DNA of 64,000 nucleotides from an uncultured Alphaproteobacteria bacterium (GCA_937895955.1 CALAZI010000029.1:4099-68098); one strand, 5' to 3'; positions 8,204-18,695 are shown, counted from the stretch's first letter. The notes: generated by a model from the letters alone, not told the origin. Made by a program: numbers and translations.

Positions 8204-8947
8204 ATGAATGTGACGCGAATTGCGGTTCTCGGCGTAGCGCTTGTTGCCGGCGCCGGCGCTTTTTTCATGATGATGAGCGGAAACAAGAGCCAACCGGTTC
8301 AGGTCGTCCAGCCGGAGCGCGAAAAGACGATCCGCATCCTTGTCGCCGATCGCGACTTCCAGCGCGGCGAAAGACTCACCGCCGATGCGGTGCGTTGGGA
8401 GGAATGGCCGGAAAAGGCGATGTCCGAAGCGTATATCACGGAAGCGACCGGCGGCGATCCGGCTGAACTTGAAAAAGCCGTTGCGCGCACGTCGATGGTC
8501 GCCAATGAGCCGATCATTGAAGCCAAGATCGTTCGCGCCGGCTCGTCGGGGCTGCTCGCTGCGGTTCTGCAGCCGGGCATGCGCGCCGTCACGATGCGCA
8601 TCACGCCGGAAACCGGCGTTTCCGGCTTTATCCTGCCGGGCGATCGGGTCGACATTTATTATTCCGAAGCCAACGCCTCCAACCGGACGGCGACGGACAT
8701 CATCTTCGAGGACGTGCGCGTTCTCGCGATTAACACCGTCTATTCGGAAAACCCGGAATCGCCGGTGATTGATGGCGCGAACGCCACAATCGAACTTTCG
8801 CCGGAAGACGCCGAGTTTTTCATCAATTCGCGCGCCTCGCGCGGCCAGATGAGCTTTGCGCTCAGAAGCGTCTTCAATGAGGAAGCGGGCGCGGTCAAGG
8901 AACGCCGCGACCAAAGCGTCAAAGTCATTCGTTATGGCCGCTCGTAG
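8204..8947 (+). CDS. cpaB: Flp pilus assembly protein CpaB/RcpC
   Basis: SAF-like ILVADRDFQRGE, PGMRAVT, GVSGFILPGDRVDI. Confidence 0.92.
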   Translation: MNVTRIAVLGVALVAGAGAFFMMMSGNKSQPVQVVQPEREKTIRILVADRDFQRGERLTADAVRWEEWPEKAMSEAYITEATGGDPAELEKAVARTSMVANEPIIEAKIVRAGSSGLLAAVLQPGMRAVTMRITPETGVSGFILPGDRVDIYYSEANASNRTATDIIFEDVRVLAINTVYSENPESPVIDGANATIELSPEDAEFFINSRASRGQMSFALRSVFNEEAGAVKERRDQSVKVIRYGRS

Positions 8948-8971
8948 CCGGATCGTTCAGGGGTAAGATCA

Positions 8972-10582
8972 ATGCGCTTTCAAGCAAATATGAACAGGGC
9001 GGCGTTGCTGAAAATTGCTGCGGCCTTGGCTTTCACGGTCGCAAGCGCGGCGCCGTCGCTCGCTCATGCGCAAAAATCGTCGAATTCGACGATCGATTTC
9101 GGCGGAACGGGCCCGACATCGAGGTCGATCGTCCTGCCGATCGACAAGGCGGCGATCGTCGAACTGCCGCAGGCGGCTTCGGACGTCCTCGTGTCGCAGC
9201 CTTCCATCGTCGATGCGGTCATTCGCTCGCCGCGGCGCGTCTATCTGCTCGGCCTCAGGGTCGGCCAGACGAACGCTTTCTTCTTCGACGCGAACGGGCG
9301 TCAGATTCTCAATCTCGAGATCCAGGTCGAACGCGACCTTGACGCCCTCACCGACCTCATCAACCGGCTGATGCCGGACGCCCGCGTCACGGCGGAAGCG
9401 GTGAACGACAACATAATCCTGCGCGGCACGGTGCCGACCGGCGTTCAGGCGACTGACGCCGCCGACATCGCCGGACGCTTCATCGGCGATCCGACCAAAG
9501 TCATCAGCATGGTGTCGATCCGCGACCGCGAGCAGGTGATGCTGAAGGTGCGCGTCGTTGAAATGCAGCGTTCGCTCATCAAGCAGCTCGGCATTGATCC
9601 GTCCGGCTTCACGTCGGTCTCCAACAACGCTATCGAGGCGACGGCGTCGACGATTGCGTCAGGCGCGACCGCCGGCCTCACCGGCTCCATCGAGCGTTTC
9701 TTCGGCGGCGGCGAATCCGGCTTCAACGTATCCTTCCAGGCGCTTGAGCGCGTCGGGCTTGTCAAAACGCTCGCCGAGCCGACTCTGACGGCGGTTTCGG
9801 GCGAAACGGCGAGCTTCCTCGCCGGCGGCGAGTTCCCGATTCCGATCGGCCAGCGCGACGGGGTCATCTCGCTCGAATTCAAGGAATTCGGCGTCGGCCT
9901 CGGCTTCACGCCGCTCGTCTTGAGCAAGGGCCGCATCAACATCAAAGTCTCGACCGAGGTCAGCGAGATTTCATCGCTCAACAATTTCTCGCTCGGCGGC
10001 TCGACGACGACGATTCCGGGCGCTCCGCCGGCGGCCGACACGGTTCGCTTGATCGACACCGACGGCGACGGCATTCCGGATCAGGTCATCAACGAAACGT
10101 CGATCGCCGCCGGCGAGGCGCCAGGAACGTCCTTCGTCGGCACTCCGGCGGCGCGGCCGCAGGGTACGGCGCCGACAGTCTTCTCTACGTCGGGCCTTAC
10201 AATTCCCTCGCTCACCGTGCGCCGCGCGAAAACGACGGTCGAGCTTCCTTCGGGCGGCAGCCTCGTGATGGCGGGCCTCCTTCAGGAGAATATGCGCCAG
10301 ACGATCCAGGGCATTCCCTATCTGAAAGACATCGCCGTTCTCGGCCAGCTCTTCCGCAGCCGCGATTATGCGAATTCGGAAACCGAGCTCGTCATCATCA
10401 TCACGCCCTATCTCGTCGATCCGACGCATGAATCGAAACTCTCCGATCCGCTCAAAGGCTTTGTCGCCGCGAGCGACACGCAGACGATCCTGATGGGCAA
10501 TCTCGCCGCAACCTACGGTCTCTCCGGCGCCGGCGTTGAAGAAAAGACGCTGCAGGGACCGATGGGCTTCATTCTCGACTAG
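8972..10582 (+). CDS. cpaC: Tad secretin CpaC/RcpA
   Basis: pil_N domain, BON-like region, QVMLKVRVVEM, LAEPTLTAVSGETASFLAGGEFPIP, GQLFRS, ETELVIIITP. Confidence 0.93.
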   Translation: MRFQANMNRAALLKIAAALAFTVASAAPSLAHAQKSSNSTIDFGGTGPTSRSIVLPIDKAAIVELPQAASDVLVSQPSIVDAVIRSPRRVYLLGLRVGQTNAFFFDANGRQILNLEIQVERDLDALTDLINRLMPDARVTAEAVNDNIILRGTVPTGVQATDAADIAGRFIGDPTKVISMVSIRDREQVMLKVRVVEMQRSLIKQLGIDPSGFTSVSNNAIEATASTIASGATAGLTGSIERFFGGGESGFNVSFQALERVGLVKTLAEPTLTAVSGETASFLAGGEFPIPIGQRDGVISLEFKEFGVGLGFTPLVLSKGRINIKVSTEVSEISSLNNFSLGGSTTTIPGAPPAADTVRLIDTDGDGIPDQVINETSIAAGEAPGTSFVGTPAARPQGTAPTVFSTSGLTIPSLTVRRAKTTVELPSGGSLVMAGLLQENMRQTIQGIPYLKDIAVLGQLFRSRDYANSETELVIIITPYLVDPTHESKLSDPLKGFVAASDTQTILMGNLAATYGLSGAGVEEKTLQGPMGFILD

Positions 10583-10596
10583 GAGACGCAACCAAA

Positions 10597-11253
10597 ATGA
10601 CAAAGCTGCTGAAATCGCTTCTCCTGATGTCGGCTGTCGCCGCCCTGTCCGGGTGTGCGGCCGGCTTTAACGGGCACCATGAAGCGCTGACCGTCCAGGA
10701 AGAGCATCCGATCTCGGTCGACAGTCAGACTGTCACCATGACGATCGCAGCCGCCAAGGCGGCCGACGGCGTGACGTCGCTTGATCAGGCGCGCCTGCGC
10801 GCGTTTGCGACATCGTATATGCGCAACGGGCACGGCGCTCTCACCATCGCCGCCCCGTCGGGCGCTGAAGGCGCCGCCGCCGCAGTGGGCGCCGAGCTTG
10901 ACCGCGTCGGCGTTCCGTCGAGCGTTATCGTCGCTGCGGATTATCGCGGAACGAACGCTTCGGAAAGCGACGTCATTCTTTCCTACACCCGCTACGTCGC
11001 AACGCCGAGCGCGTGCGGCGTCTGGGAAGGCCTGCGCGAGCGCGACTATCGCAACATGCGTTCGCCGAATTTCGGATGCGCCGCGCAAAACAATCTCGCC
11101 GCGATGATCGGCGATCCGCACGATCTCATCGCGCCGGCCGACATGACCGATCCGGATTCTACGACGCGCATTCTGGGCGTCACGAAGTTCCGCAAGGGCG
11201 AGGTGACCTCGACCGAGACGGACGGCCAGTTGAACCAGCAAGTTTCGCAGTAG
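10597..11253 (+). CDS. cpaD: Pilus lipoprotein CpaD
   Basis: Lipobox LSGC; NFGCAAQNNLAAMIGDPHDL motif. Confidence 0.9.
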   Translation: MTKLLKSLLLMSAVAALSGCAAGFNGHHEALTVQEEHPISVDSQTVTMTIAAAKAADGVTSLDQARLRAFATSYMRNGHGALTIAAPSGAEGAAAAVGAELDRVGVPSSVIVAADYRGTNASESDVILSYTRYVATPSACGVWEGLRERDYRNMRSPNFGCAAQNNLAAMIGDPHDLIAPADMTDPDSTTRILGVTKFRKGEVTSTETDGQLNQQVSQ

Positions 11254-11296
11254 CAATGACGGATTGGGGTCAGGCGACGCCTGGAGGGAGTTTGAA

Positions 11297-12958
11297 ATGA
11301 GGAAGGCCTCAAACGAAGCAGTCGACATCGGCAACGATGAGGAAGGCGCGGCGAACGCTGCGGCGAGCCTCGGGCCCGACGGCGGTCCGCTCATGTCGGA
11401 AAAGGTTCGCTACGCCAAGGCCTCGTCGGATTTTGACGAAGAAGACGCCTGGCTCGAAGATGAGCTGTCCGATGAGGAGCTCGCCGCGCTCGGCGAAGAG
11501 GACTTCGTCGAGGAGCTTCTCGCCGAGGCGCTCGATATGGAAGGCGAGGCGTTCGACGACACGGAGGATTTCAGTCTTGAGTCTGAAACGCCGGCCGCGT
11601 CGGAAGCGGTTGAGCCCGAGCGCGCGCGCCAGTCGAAAGTCGAGCCGAAAGCCGAATTGAAAGCGGAGAAAAAAACGCCGCACGAGACGGCGACCGGTCA
11701 GGCGCTGGCTCTCGCGGAGGATCAATCCTTTGAGGTTTCGGAGTTCGGCGACGGCGAAGACGATCACCGCCCCGTGCCGCGCATCGCGATTCACGCTTTC
11801 TGCGAAACCCCGGACACGACCGTGCTGCTTGAGCGCGCAGCGGTCGATCGGCGTTTGTCGAAAACGCATTTGACCGTCCATATGGGCGGTCTCGCCAAGG
11901 CGGTCGATCATTTCCAGAGCGCCGCAACGCCCAATCTCGTCATTATCGAGACGCTTGACGGCGGACAGGAGCTGTTCGCGCAGCTCGGCGAGCTCGCTGA
12001 AGTCTGCGATCCGTCGACGAAGGTCATCATCATCGGCCGCGCCAACGATATCGGCCTTTATCGCGAACTGATGCGGCAAGGGATCAGCGATTACATCGTT
12101 CGTCCCCGCTCGCCGCTGCAAATCATCAAATCGATCGCAACGCTCTATGTCGATCCTTCCGCGCCGCCGATCGGCCGCACCATCGCCTTCGTCGGCGCGC
12201 GCGGCGGTTCTGGCTCGTCGACGCTTGCGCACAACGTCGCCTGGTGCTCGGCGGAGGAAATGCAAAGCGACACGGTCATTCTCGACCTCGACCTGCCGTT
12301 CGGCACGGCGAGCCTTGATTTCGAGCAGGATCCGACCTCGGGCCTCATCGAAGCGCTCGGCTCGCCCGAACGTCTCGACGACGTCCTGCTCGATCGTCTG
12401 CTGCAAAAACACACCGATCATTTGAGCCTTTTCACGGCGCCGAACCTTCTCGATCGCGACTATGACGTCGACGATCAGGCCTATGAGACGGTTATCGACG
12501 TCGTGCGCGGCGCGGCGCCGACGATCATCATCGACGTGCCGCATGTGTGGACCGGCTGGTCGAAGCGTCTTTTGCAAACGGCCGACCAGATCGTCATCAC
12601 CGCGACCGCCGACCTTGCGGCGTTCCGCAACACGAAAAATCTCGTCGACATCATTTCCAGCGCGCGCCCGAACGACGCGCCGCCGCTGCTTGTCATCAAC
12701 CAGTTCGATCAGAAGCTTTCATCCGTCCAGCCCGCGCAATACGCCGAGCATGTCGGATTAAAGCCGTCGATCGTGTTCAACTGGGAGCCGCAGCTTTTCC
12801 ATACCGCGGCGACGAACGCCTCGCCGATCGTCGAGGTCGGCGCGAAGACGAAAACCGCCCAGTCGATCCGCGATCTCACCGCGCTTGTGCTCGGGCGCAC
12901 GCAGACGGCGTCGAAGAAAACCCGCTTCAGCCTCGCAGGTCTGCTCAAGAAGAAATAG
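11297..12958 (+). CDS. cpaE: CpaE/TadZ (receiver-like plus MinD-like) with long acidic N-terminus
   Basis: GARGGSGSST deviant Walker A, DLDLPFGT, IIIDVPH; ATG 11297 after GGAGGGAG RBS. Confidence 0.9.
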   Translation: MRKASNEAVDIGNDEEGAANAAASLGPDGGPLMSEKVRYAKASSDFDEEDAWLEDELSDEELAALGEEDFVEELLAEALDMEGEAFDDTEDFSLESETPAASEAVEPERARQSKVEPKAELKAEKKTPHETATGQALALAEDQSFEVSEFGDGEDDHRPVPRIAIHAFCETPDTTVLLERAAVDRRLSKTHLTVHMGGLAKAVDHFQSAATPNLVIIETLDGGQELFAQLGELAEVCDPSTKVIIIGRANDIGLYRELMRQGISDYIVRPRSPLQIIKSIATLYVDPSAPPIGRTIAFVGARGGSGSSTLAHNVAWCSAEEMQSDTVILDLDLPFGTASLDFEQDPTSGLIEALGSPERLDDVLLDRLLQKHTDHLSLFTAPNLLDRDYDVDDQAYETVIDVVRGAAPTIIIDVPHVWTGWSKRLLQTADQIVITATADLAAFRNTKNLVDIISSARPNDAPPLLVINQFDQKLSSVQPAQYAEHVGLKPSIVFNWEPQLFHTAATNASPIVEVGAKTKTAQSIRDLTALVLGRTQTASKKTRFSLAGLLKKK

Positions 12959-12966
12959 GATAACCG

Positions 12967-14448
12967 ATGTTCGGACGCAGAACGGCAGAAGTCGATACGC
13001 CTTCGCAAGCGGCCCCCGCCGCGGCGAAACCGAAGGCGGCCGCCCCGAAACCGGCCGCCGCGCCGGCGGCGCCGAAGCCCGCCGCGCCGGCGAAAAAAGC
13101 CGCCGCCGCCGCGACGCCGCCGCCGCGCGTGGCCGCCGTCGCCCATCAGCAGCCCGTCGAAATCGGCGGGCGCACGGATGAGTATTTTCAGACGAAGACG
13201 ACGATCTTCAATGCGCTGATCGATACGATCGACCTGTCGCAGCTCGCGCAGCTCGACACCGAATCGGCGGCTGAGGAAATTCGCGACATCGTCAACGAGA
13301 TCATCTCGATCAAGAACGTCCAGATGTCGATCGCCGAGCAGGAATCGCTGCTGCAGGACATCTGCAACGACGTCCTCGGCTACGGGCCGCTTGAACCGCT
13401 GCTCGCGCGCGACGACATCGCCGACATCATGGTCAACGGGGCCAACCGCACCTTCATCGAAGTCGGCGGCAAAATTCAGCTGACGAATGTGCGTTTCCGC
13501 GACAATGCGCAGCTGATGAACATCTGCCAGCGGATCGTCAGCCAGGTCGGCCGCCGCGTCGACGAAGCCTCGCCGATCTGCGACGCGCGCCTTCCGGACG
13601 GCTCGCGCGTCAACGTCATCGCGCCGCCGCTGTCGATCGACGGCGCCGCGCTCACCATTCGTAAGTTTAAGAAAGACAAGCTTCGCATTTCGGATCTCGT
13701 CAATTTCGGGTCGATTTCTCCGGAAGGCGCGAAAGTGCTTGAGGTCGTCGGCGCCTGCCGCATCAACACGCTGATCTCGGGCGGCACGGGCTCCGGCAAA
13801 ACGACGCTGTTGAACTGCATGACCGGCTTCATCGAAGAAGACGAGCGCGTCATCACCTGCGAAGACGCGGCGGAACTTCAGCTGCAGCAGCCGCATGTCG
13901 TCCGGCTTGAAACGCGCCCGCCTAACCTTGAAGGCCAGGGCGAGGTGACGATGCGCGATCTCGTCAAGAACTGTCTGCGCATGCGTCCTGAACGGATCAT
14001 CGTCGGCGAGGTGCGCGGCCCGGAAGCGTTCGACCTGCTTCAGGCCATGAACACCGGTCACGACGGCTCGATGGGCACGCTGCACGCGAACTCGCCGCGC
14101 GAGGCGCTGCAGAGGGTCGAATCGATGATCACCATGGGCGGCTACAACCTGCCCTCGAAAACCATTCGCGAAATGATCGTCGGTTCGATCGACGTCATCA
14201 TCCAGGCGGCGCGCCTCAGGGACGGTTCGCGCCGCATCACTCACGTCACCGAAGTGCTCGGCACCGAAGGCGACACGATCATCACGCAGGACCTTTTCGT
14301 CTTTGAGGTCACCGGCGAAGACCAGAATGGAAAACTGATCGGCCGACACCGCTCGACCGGCATCGCGCGCCCCGCTTTCTGGGATCGCGCCAAATATTAC
14401 GGCAAGGAGCAGGAACTGGCCGAGGCTCTCGACGCGGCGGCTGAGTAA
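12967..14448 (+). CDS. cpaF: Tad ATPase CpaF/TadA
   Basis: [48 protein letters not shown]. Confidence 0.96.
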   Translation: MFGRRTAEVDTPSQAAPAAAKPKAAAPKPAAAPAAPKPAAPAKKAAAAATPPPRVAAVAHQQPVEIGGRTDEYFQTKTTIFNALIDTIDLSQLAQLDTESAAEEIRDIVNEIISIKNVQMSIAEQESLLQDICNDVLGYGPLEPLLARDDIADIMVNGANRTFIEVGGKIQLTNVRFRDNAQLMNICQRIVSQVGRRVDEASPICDARLPDGSRVNVIAPPLSIDGAALTIRKFKKDKLRISDLVNFGSISPEGAKVLEVVGACRINTLISGGTGSGKTTLLNCMTGFIEEDERVITCEDAAELQLQQPHVVRLETRPPNLEGQGEVTMRDLVKNCLRMRPERIIVGEVRGPEAFDLLQAMNTGHDGSMGTLHANSPREALQRVESMITMGGYNLPSKTIREMIVGSIDVIIQAARLRDGSRRITHVTEVLGTEGDTIITQDLFVFEVTGEDQNGKLIGRHRSTGIARPAFWDRAKYYGKEQELAEALDAAAE

Positions 14449-14456
14449 CGGACGCT

Positions 14457-15452
14457 ATGGATCAGCAACTGATCATGATCGCCGTCCTCGGGCTCGTCGT
14501 TATCGGCGCGCTCGCTTTCGTTTTTCTCGCGCCGACGCAGAACGACAAGACCAAAAAACGTCTTTCTTCGTTGGAAACGAAAAAGAATGCGCGGCGCGCC
14601 AGCGTCGCGGCGGCGACCGACAAGGAAAACAAGGATCGCCGGAAAAAAGTCTCCGACGCGCTCACCAAAATCGAAAACAAGAGCAAGGAAGCGCAAAAGG
14701 CGAAAAAGCGCGCCACGCTCGAACAAAAGCTTGAACAGGCGGGTCTCGCCTTCGGGCCGCGGCAATTCTACATCGGCTCCGTCGTCGCGGCGCTGGTCAT
14801 GGGCTTTGTCGGCTTCATTTCGGGCCAGAAGCTGCTTGTCACGGTCGGTCTCGTTTTCATCGGCGGTCTCGGCATGCCGAACTGGTTCGTCGGCATGCAG
14901 ATCAAGAAAAGACAGAAAAAATTCGCCGATGAATTCTCGAACGCCATCGACGTCATCGTGCGCGGCGTGAAATCCGGTCTGCCGGTCAATGAATGCCTGA
15001 AGATCATCGCCTCCGAAGCGCCGAAGCCGGTCAATGAGGAATTCGAGCAGCTTGTTGAGGGATTTCGCATCGGCCTGTCGCTGGAGCAGGGCATGACGCG
15101 CATGTATGAGCGGATGCCGCTGCAGGAAGTCTCCTTCTTCGGCATCGTCTTGATGATCCAACAGAAAACGGGCGGCAACCTCGCCGAGGCGCTGACCAAT
15201 CTCGCCGGCGTTCTGCGCGGGCGCAAGCTGATGGAAGGCAAGATCAAGGCGCTGTCGTCGGAAGCCAAAGCCTCGGCGATGATCATCGGCGCCCTGCCGT
15301 TTCTCGTCATGGGCGCCGTGAAGCTTTCATCGCCGGACTATCTCGATCCGCTGTTCAACACGCCGACCGGCAACTTCATTCTGCTCGGCGCGGGTTTGTG
15401 GATGGGAATGGGCATTTTCGTGATGAAGTCGATGATGAAGATCAAGGTCTAG
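14457..15452 (+). CDS. tadB: Inner-membrane platform TadB (CpaG)
   Basis: NAIDVIVRGVKSGLP, QQKTGGNLAEAL, LSSEAKASA. Confidence 0.92.
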   Translation: MDQQLIMIAVLGLVVIGALAFVFLAPTQNDKTKKRLSSLETKKNARRASVAAATDKENKDRRKKVSDALTKIENKSKEAQKAKKRATLEQKLEQAGLAFGPRQFYIGSVVAALVMGFVGFISGQKLLVTVGLVFIGGLGMPNWFVGMQIKKRQKKFADEFSNAIDVIVRGVKSGLPVNECLKIIASEAPKPVNEEFEQLVEGFRIGLSLEQGMTRMYERMPLQEVSFFGIVLMIQQKTGGNLAEALTNLAGVLRGRKLMEGKIKALSSEAKASAMIIGALPFLVMGAVKLSSPDYLDPLFNTPTGNFILLGAGLWMGMGIFVMKSMMKIKV

Positions 15453-15458
15453 GCCCCG

Positions 15459-16430
15459 ATGGAAGCGCTCATCAACACGGTCACCGACCGCCAATTCCAG
15501 ATCTCGCTGCTTGTCGCGCTGGCGGCGATCGCGACCGTCTATACGGTCATCGAGCCGTTCCTGGTTCGCGACCGCACCGAAGAACGGATGAAATCGGTTG
15601 TCGAATATCGCGACCGTTTGCGCGCGGCTCAGCGCGAATCCTTCGCTAAGAAGGGCTCTTTGCGCGCCGCATCGGCGCAGGGTTTTCTGAAACAGCTTGT
15701 TGAAAATCTGAAGCTGCTCGAAGCGTTCGACTCGAATGAGGCGCGCAAGCAGCTGATGATGGCCGGCTATCGCGGCCAGCGGCCGGTCTTCATCTTCATG
15801 GCGGCGCGCATCGGGATGCCGTTCGTCGCCGCTTTCGCCTGCTGGATCTATGTCTACATCCTGAATGGGATCGAGCTTGACAGTTTCGGCAAGCTTTGCG
15901 CGGTCGTTCTCGCCTTCTTCGCAGGCTTCTACATCCCGAACGTGCACATCAAGAACGCCGTTTCGAAGCGCCAGTCGAAAATTCAGATCGCCTGGCCGGA
16001 TGCGCTCGATTTGCTCCTCATCTGCGTTGAGGCGGGCATGTCGATCGAGGTTGCGTTGCAGAAGGTCAGCCAGGAAGTCGCCGGCACCTCGCCCGAACTC
16101 GCCGAGGAGCTTGGGCTCACTGTCGCGGAACTCTCCTATCTGCAGGAACGAAAGTCCGCCTATATCAATCTCGCCGAGCGCACGGGTCTCGACGGCGTCA
16201 AGGGCGTGACGACAGCGCTCATCCAGTCGGAAAAATACGGAACGCCTCTAGGGCAATCCTTGCGCGTCATGGCGCAGGAAAACCGCGAACACCGCATGCA
16301 GGAAGCCGAGCGCAAGGCCGCCGCGCTGCCGCCGAAGCTGACCGTGCCGATGATCGGTTTCTTCCTGCCGGTTCTCTTCGCCGTCATTCTCGGGCCCGCG
16401 ATCATGGGCGTCATGGGCATCGAGCAATAA
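15459..16430 (+). CDS. tadC: Inner-membrane platform TadC (CpaH)
   Basis: WPDALDLLLICVEAGMS, EKYGTPL, AERKAAALPPKLTVPM. Confidence 0.92.
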   Translation: MEALINTVTDRQFQISLLVALAAIATVYTVIEPFLVRDRTEERMKSVVEYRDRLRAAQRESFAKKGSLRAASAQGFLKQLVENLKLLEAFDSNEARKQLMMAGYRGQRPVFIFMAARIGMPFVAAFACWIYVYILNGIELDSFGKLCAVVLAFFAGFYIPNVHIKNAVSKRQSKIQIAWPDALDLLLICVEAGMSIEVALQKVSQEVAGTSPELAEELGLTVAELSYLQERKSAYINLAERTGLDGVKGVTTALIQSEKYGTPLGQSLRVMAQENREHRMQEAERKAAALPPKLTVPMIGFFLPVLFAVILGPAIMGVMGIEQ

Positions 16431-16436
16431 TCGCCG

Positions 16437-16865
16437 TCATTCCCTGCCGCGCCGATGGCGCGGCAGAGTGTCGGCGGCGTCGAACCAGCCGATCCGGCTT
16501 TCATGATAAATATGATAGAGCGGCGGGATGAGCGTCGGATCATCCAGCGTCGCCGTGTTGACGCTGATTGTCGCCGCCGAGTCATCCTCGCGAAAGACGA
16601 GATAGGTTCCGCAAGCCGAACAGAATTCGCGCGTCGCGCGATCGGAAGCGCGAAACCCCGCAGGCGATCCTTTCAGATAGCGGAACCGCGCCGCCGCGAC
16701 GGCGAAAAACGCGACGACCGGCGCGCCTGACTGACGCTGGCAGGTGCGGCAATGACAATAGCCCGATTCCGGAACCGGGCCGGCGGCGATTTCAAAACGA
16801 ACGGCGCCGCAAAGGCATCCGCCTTCGGCCGCGTTCGCCAAACTGATCGTCAGGTCTTGATTCAT
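16437..16865 (-). CDS. GFA (glutathione-dependent formaldehyde-activating) family Zn protein
   Basis: GGCLCGAVRF, YCHCRTCQ, FCSACGT cysteine pattern. Confidence 0.85.
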   Translation of the reverse strand: MNQDLTISLANAAEGGCLCGAVRFEIAAGPVPESGYCHCRTCQRQSGAPVVAFFAVAAARFRYLKGSPAGFRASDRATREFCSACGTYLVFREDDSAATISVNTATLDDPTLIPPLYHIYHESRIGWFDAADTLPRHRRGRE

Positions 16866-16908
16866 CCGGCGCCTCCGCGATCAACCTAATCGCGGCGCGC
16901 GTAAACGT

Positions 16909-18621
16909 CTATTTCTCGCCTGCAGCGATTTCGTCGAGCGCTTCATGCAGCGGCAGCAAGCCCGCCGCGACCCGATTGCGGCTTTGCGGCTCTTGTCCGA
17001 GCCGCTGGCGATAGATCCAGAAATTCGTCAGCACGTGTTCGACGAAATCGCGGCTTTCCGAATTCGGAATGCTCTCGATGAAGAGCAGCGGGTCCTCGAT
17101 TGAAAGATCGCGTTTCCAGCGGCGCAGATTGCCCGGTCCGCCATTATAGGCGAGCGCCATGCTGAACAGATCGCCCTCGGCGCTCGTCTCAATGAGATGG
17201 TTCACGTAATCCTGGCCGATCGACAGGTTGAGCGCGGGATCGTAGAGCTTGTCGCGGCCTTTGCCGCGCTGCAGCGTCCTGTCCTTGGCTACATAGCTCG
17301 CCGTGCGCGGCATCAGCTGCATCAGCCCGCGCGCGCCGACGCGGCTTGTCGCCTCGACCTTGAATTTCGATTCCTGGCGCATCAGCGCGTAAAGAAGCGC
17401 GCGATCCGCCGTAAAGCCGTTGGCGGGCGCATAGGACGGAACGGGAAAAAGCCCGGATTCGAACGCCGCGCCTTCATGATAGAGCGCAAGATCAAGCTGC
17501 GCCGCCGGCAGATCAAGCGCCGATTCAAGCGCCAGAAGATCGACGGCCTGCGCATCGCCGATGCGGCCGTTGATCCAGCGAAACTCCAGATCGGCTTCCG
17601 TCACGCGCCCGACTTCGTAAAGCGCGACGGCGCGCTTTACAGCGGGATCGCGCTCAATAAGCGCCTGAAACGCTTCTTCGGTGAGCGCCGGCGCCGCCCA
17701 GCGATAATCATAGTCACGACCGAGCTGGGCGAGCGCGAGCTGGCCGTAAAAAGTGAAAGGAAAGGACGCGGCTATTTCAAGCAGCGGCGCGACGTCTTCG
17801 ACATGACCGTCGGCGAGCGCCGTGCGCGCGGCCCAGAAGCCTGCGGCCGAACGCAGCGCGTCATCTTGTTCGGCGACGCGCGCCATGGCCGCGAAACGGT
17901 CATGCGCCGTCGCCATGTCGCCTTCGCGGAAATGGATGAGACCGGAAATCCAGTAGGAGAGCACGGCGACGTCGCCATTGCGCTCAGCGACTTCCTCGGC
18001 GATCTCGCCGGCGCGCGCGACATAGCCCTGATAGTAAAAGCTCGCCGCGATCCAGGAGCGCATGCGGTCGAACTGGCGTTCGGTGATCGCGCCGCGCGCG
18101 CGATGGCGCTCAATTTCTTTCAGCGCGGCGGTCGCCTGCTCCTTGCGGGCGAGATAGCGCACGCGCCCTTCGATCTGGTTCAGCAGCGGCTTGCCGGTGC
18201 GCGCGTAATCGGCGGCGAGATCAGGATGAAGCGGGGCGGAGGGTTCGGCGCGCCATTTGCGCGGCACGGGCGCCAATGTCGGCCCCGTCCCGCGCGGCTG
18301 CTTGCGGCGGGCGAGCGCGTAGATGCGGTCGGCGTCAGGATGGTCGGCGTAATAGGCCATCCATTGCTTCAACTCGTCATAGCTCGACCGGTAAGCCGTC
18401 GGATGGAGATAGCGCTCCATCTTCACATAGCCGACGAGCGTGGGGTCGCTGAGCGCCGCGATCTTCTGATCCGCCTCGCGCCAGCGCGCGTCCTCCTGCA
18501 GGTCGAATATTTCGCGATAAAGCGCCTTGTCTTCTTCTCTCAAGACGGACGGCGAATAGGCGGATGCCGGCGCGACGGCCAAAGCGGCCCATAAGGCTGG
18601 CAGCAACAACAAGCGGTGCAC
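16909..18621 (-). CDS. Soluble lytic transglycosylase (Slt70-like)
   Basis: ALMRQES catalytic Glu, GLMQLMP, AYNGGPG; likely GTG start 18621 with signal peptide (ORF extends to 18687). Confidence 0.88.
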   Translation of the reverse strand: MHRLLLLPALWAALAVAPASAYSPSVLREEDKALYREIFDLQEDARWREADQKIAALSDPTLVGYVKMERYLHPTAYRSSYDELKQWMAYYADHPDADRIYALARRKQPRGTGPTLAPVPRKWRAEPSAPLHPDLAADYARTGKPLLNQIEGRVRYLARKEQATAALKEIERHRARGAITERQFDRMRSWIAASFYYQGYVARAGEIAEEVAERNGDVAVLSYWISGLIHFREGDMATAHDRFAAMARVAEQDDALRSAAGFWAARTALADGHVEDVAPLLEIAASFPFTFYGQLALAQLGRDYDYRWAAPALTEEAFQALIERDPAVKRAVALYEVGRVTEADLEFRWINGRIGDAQAVDLLALESALDLPAAQLDLALYHEGAAFESGLFPVPSYAPANGFTADRALLYALMRQESKFKVEATSRVGARGLMQLMPRTASYVAKDRTLQRGKGRDKLYDPALNLSIGQDYVNHLIETSAEGDLFSMALAYNGGPGNLRRWKRDLSIEDPLLFIESIPNSESRDFVEHVLTNFWIYRQRLGQEPQSRNRVAAGLLPLHEALDEIAAGEK

Positions 18622-18679
18622 GACGCGGCCCCCAAGAGTGACGACTGATGCGCTCGCCGCCAGCATAGGAAGGGCGGCG

Positions 18680-18695
18680 TTAAGCATCTCTTAAC
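18680..18695. promoter_or_regulatory. CtrA box upstream of slt, overlapping udg stop
   Basis: TTAA-GCATCTC-TTAAC, perfect consensus. Confidence 0.6.
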
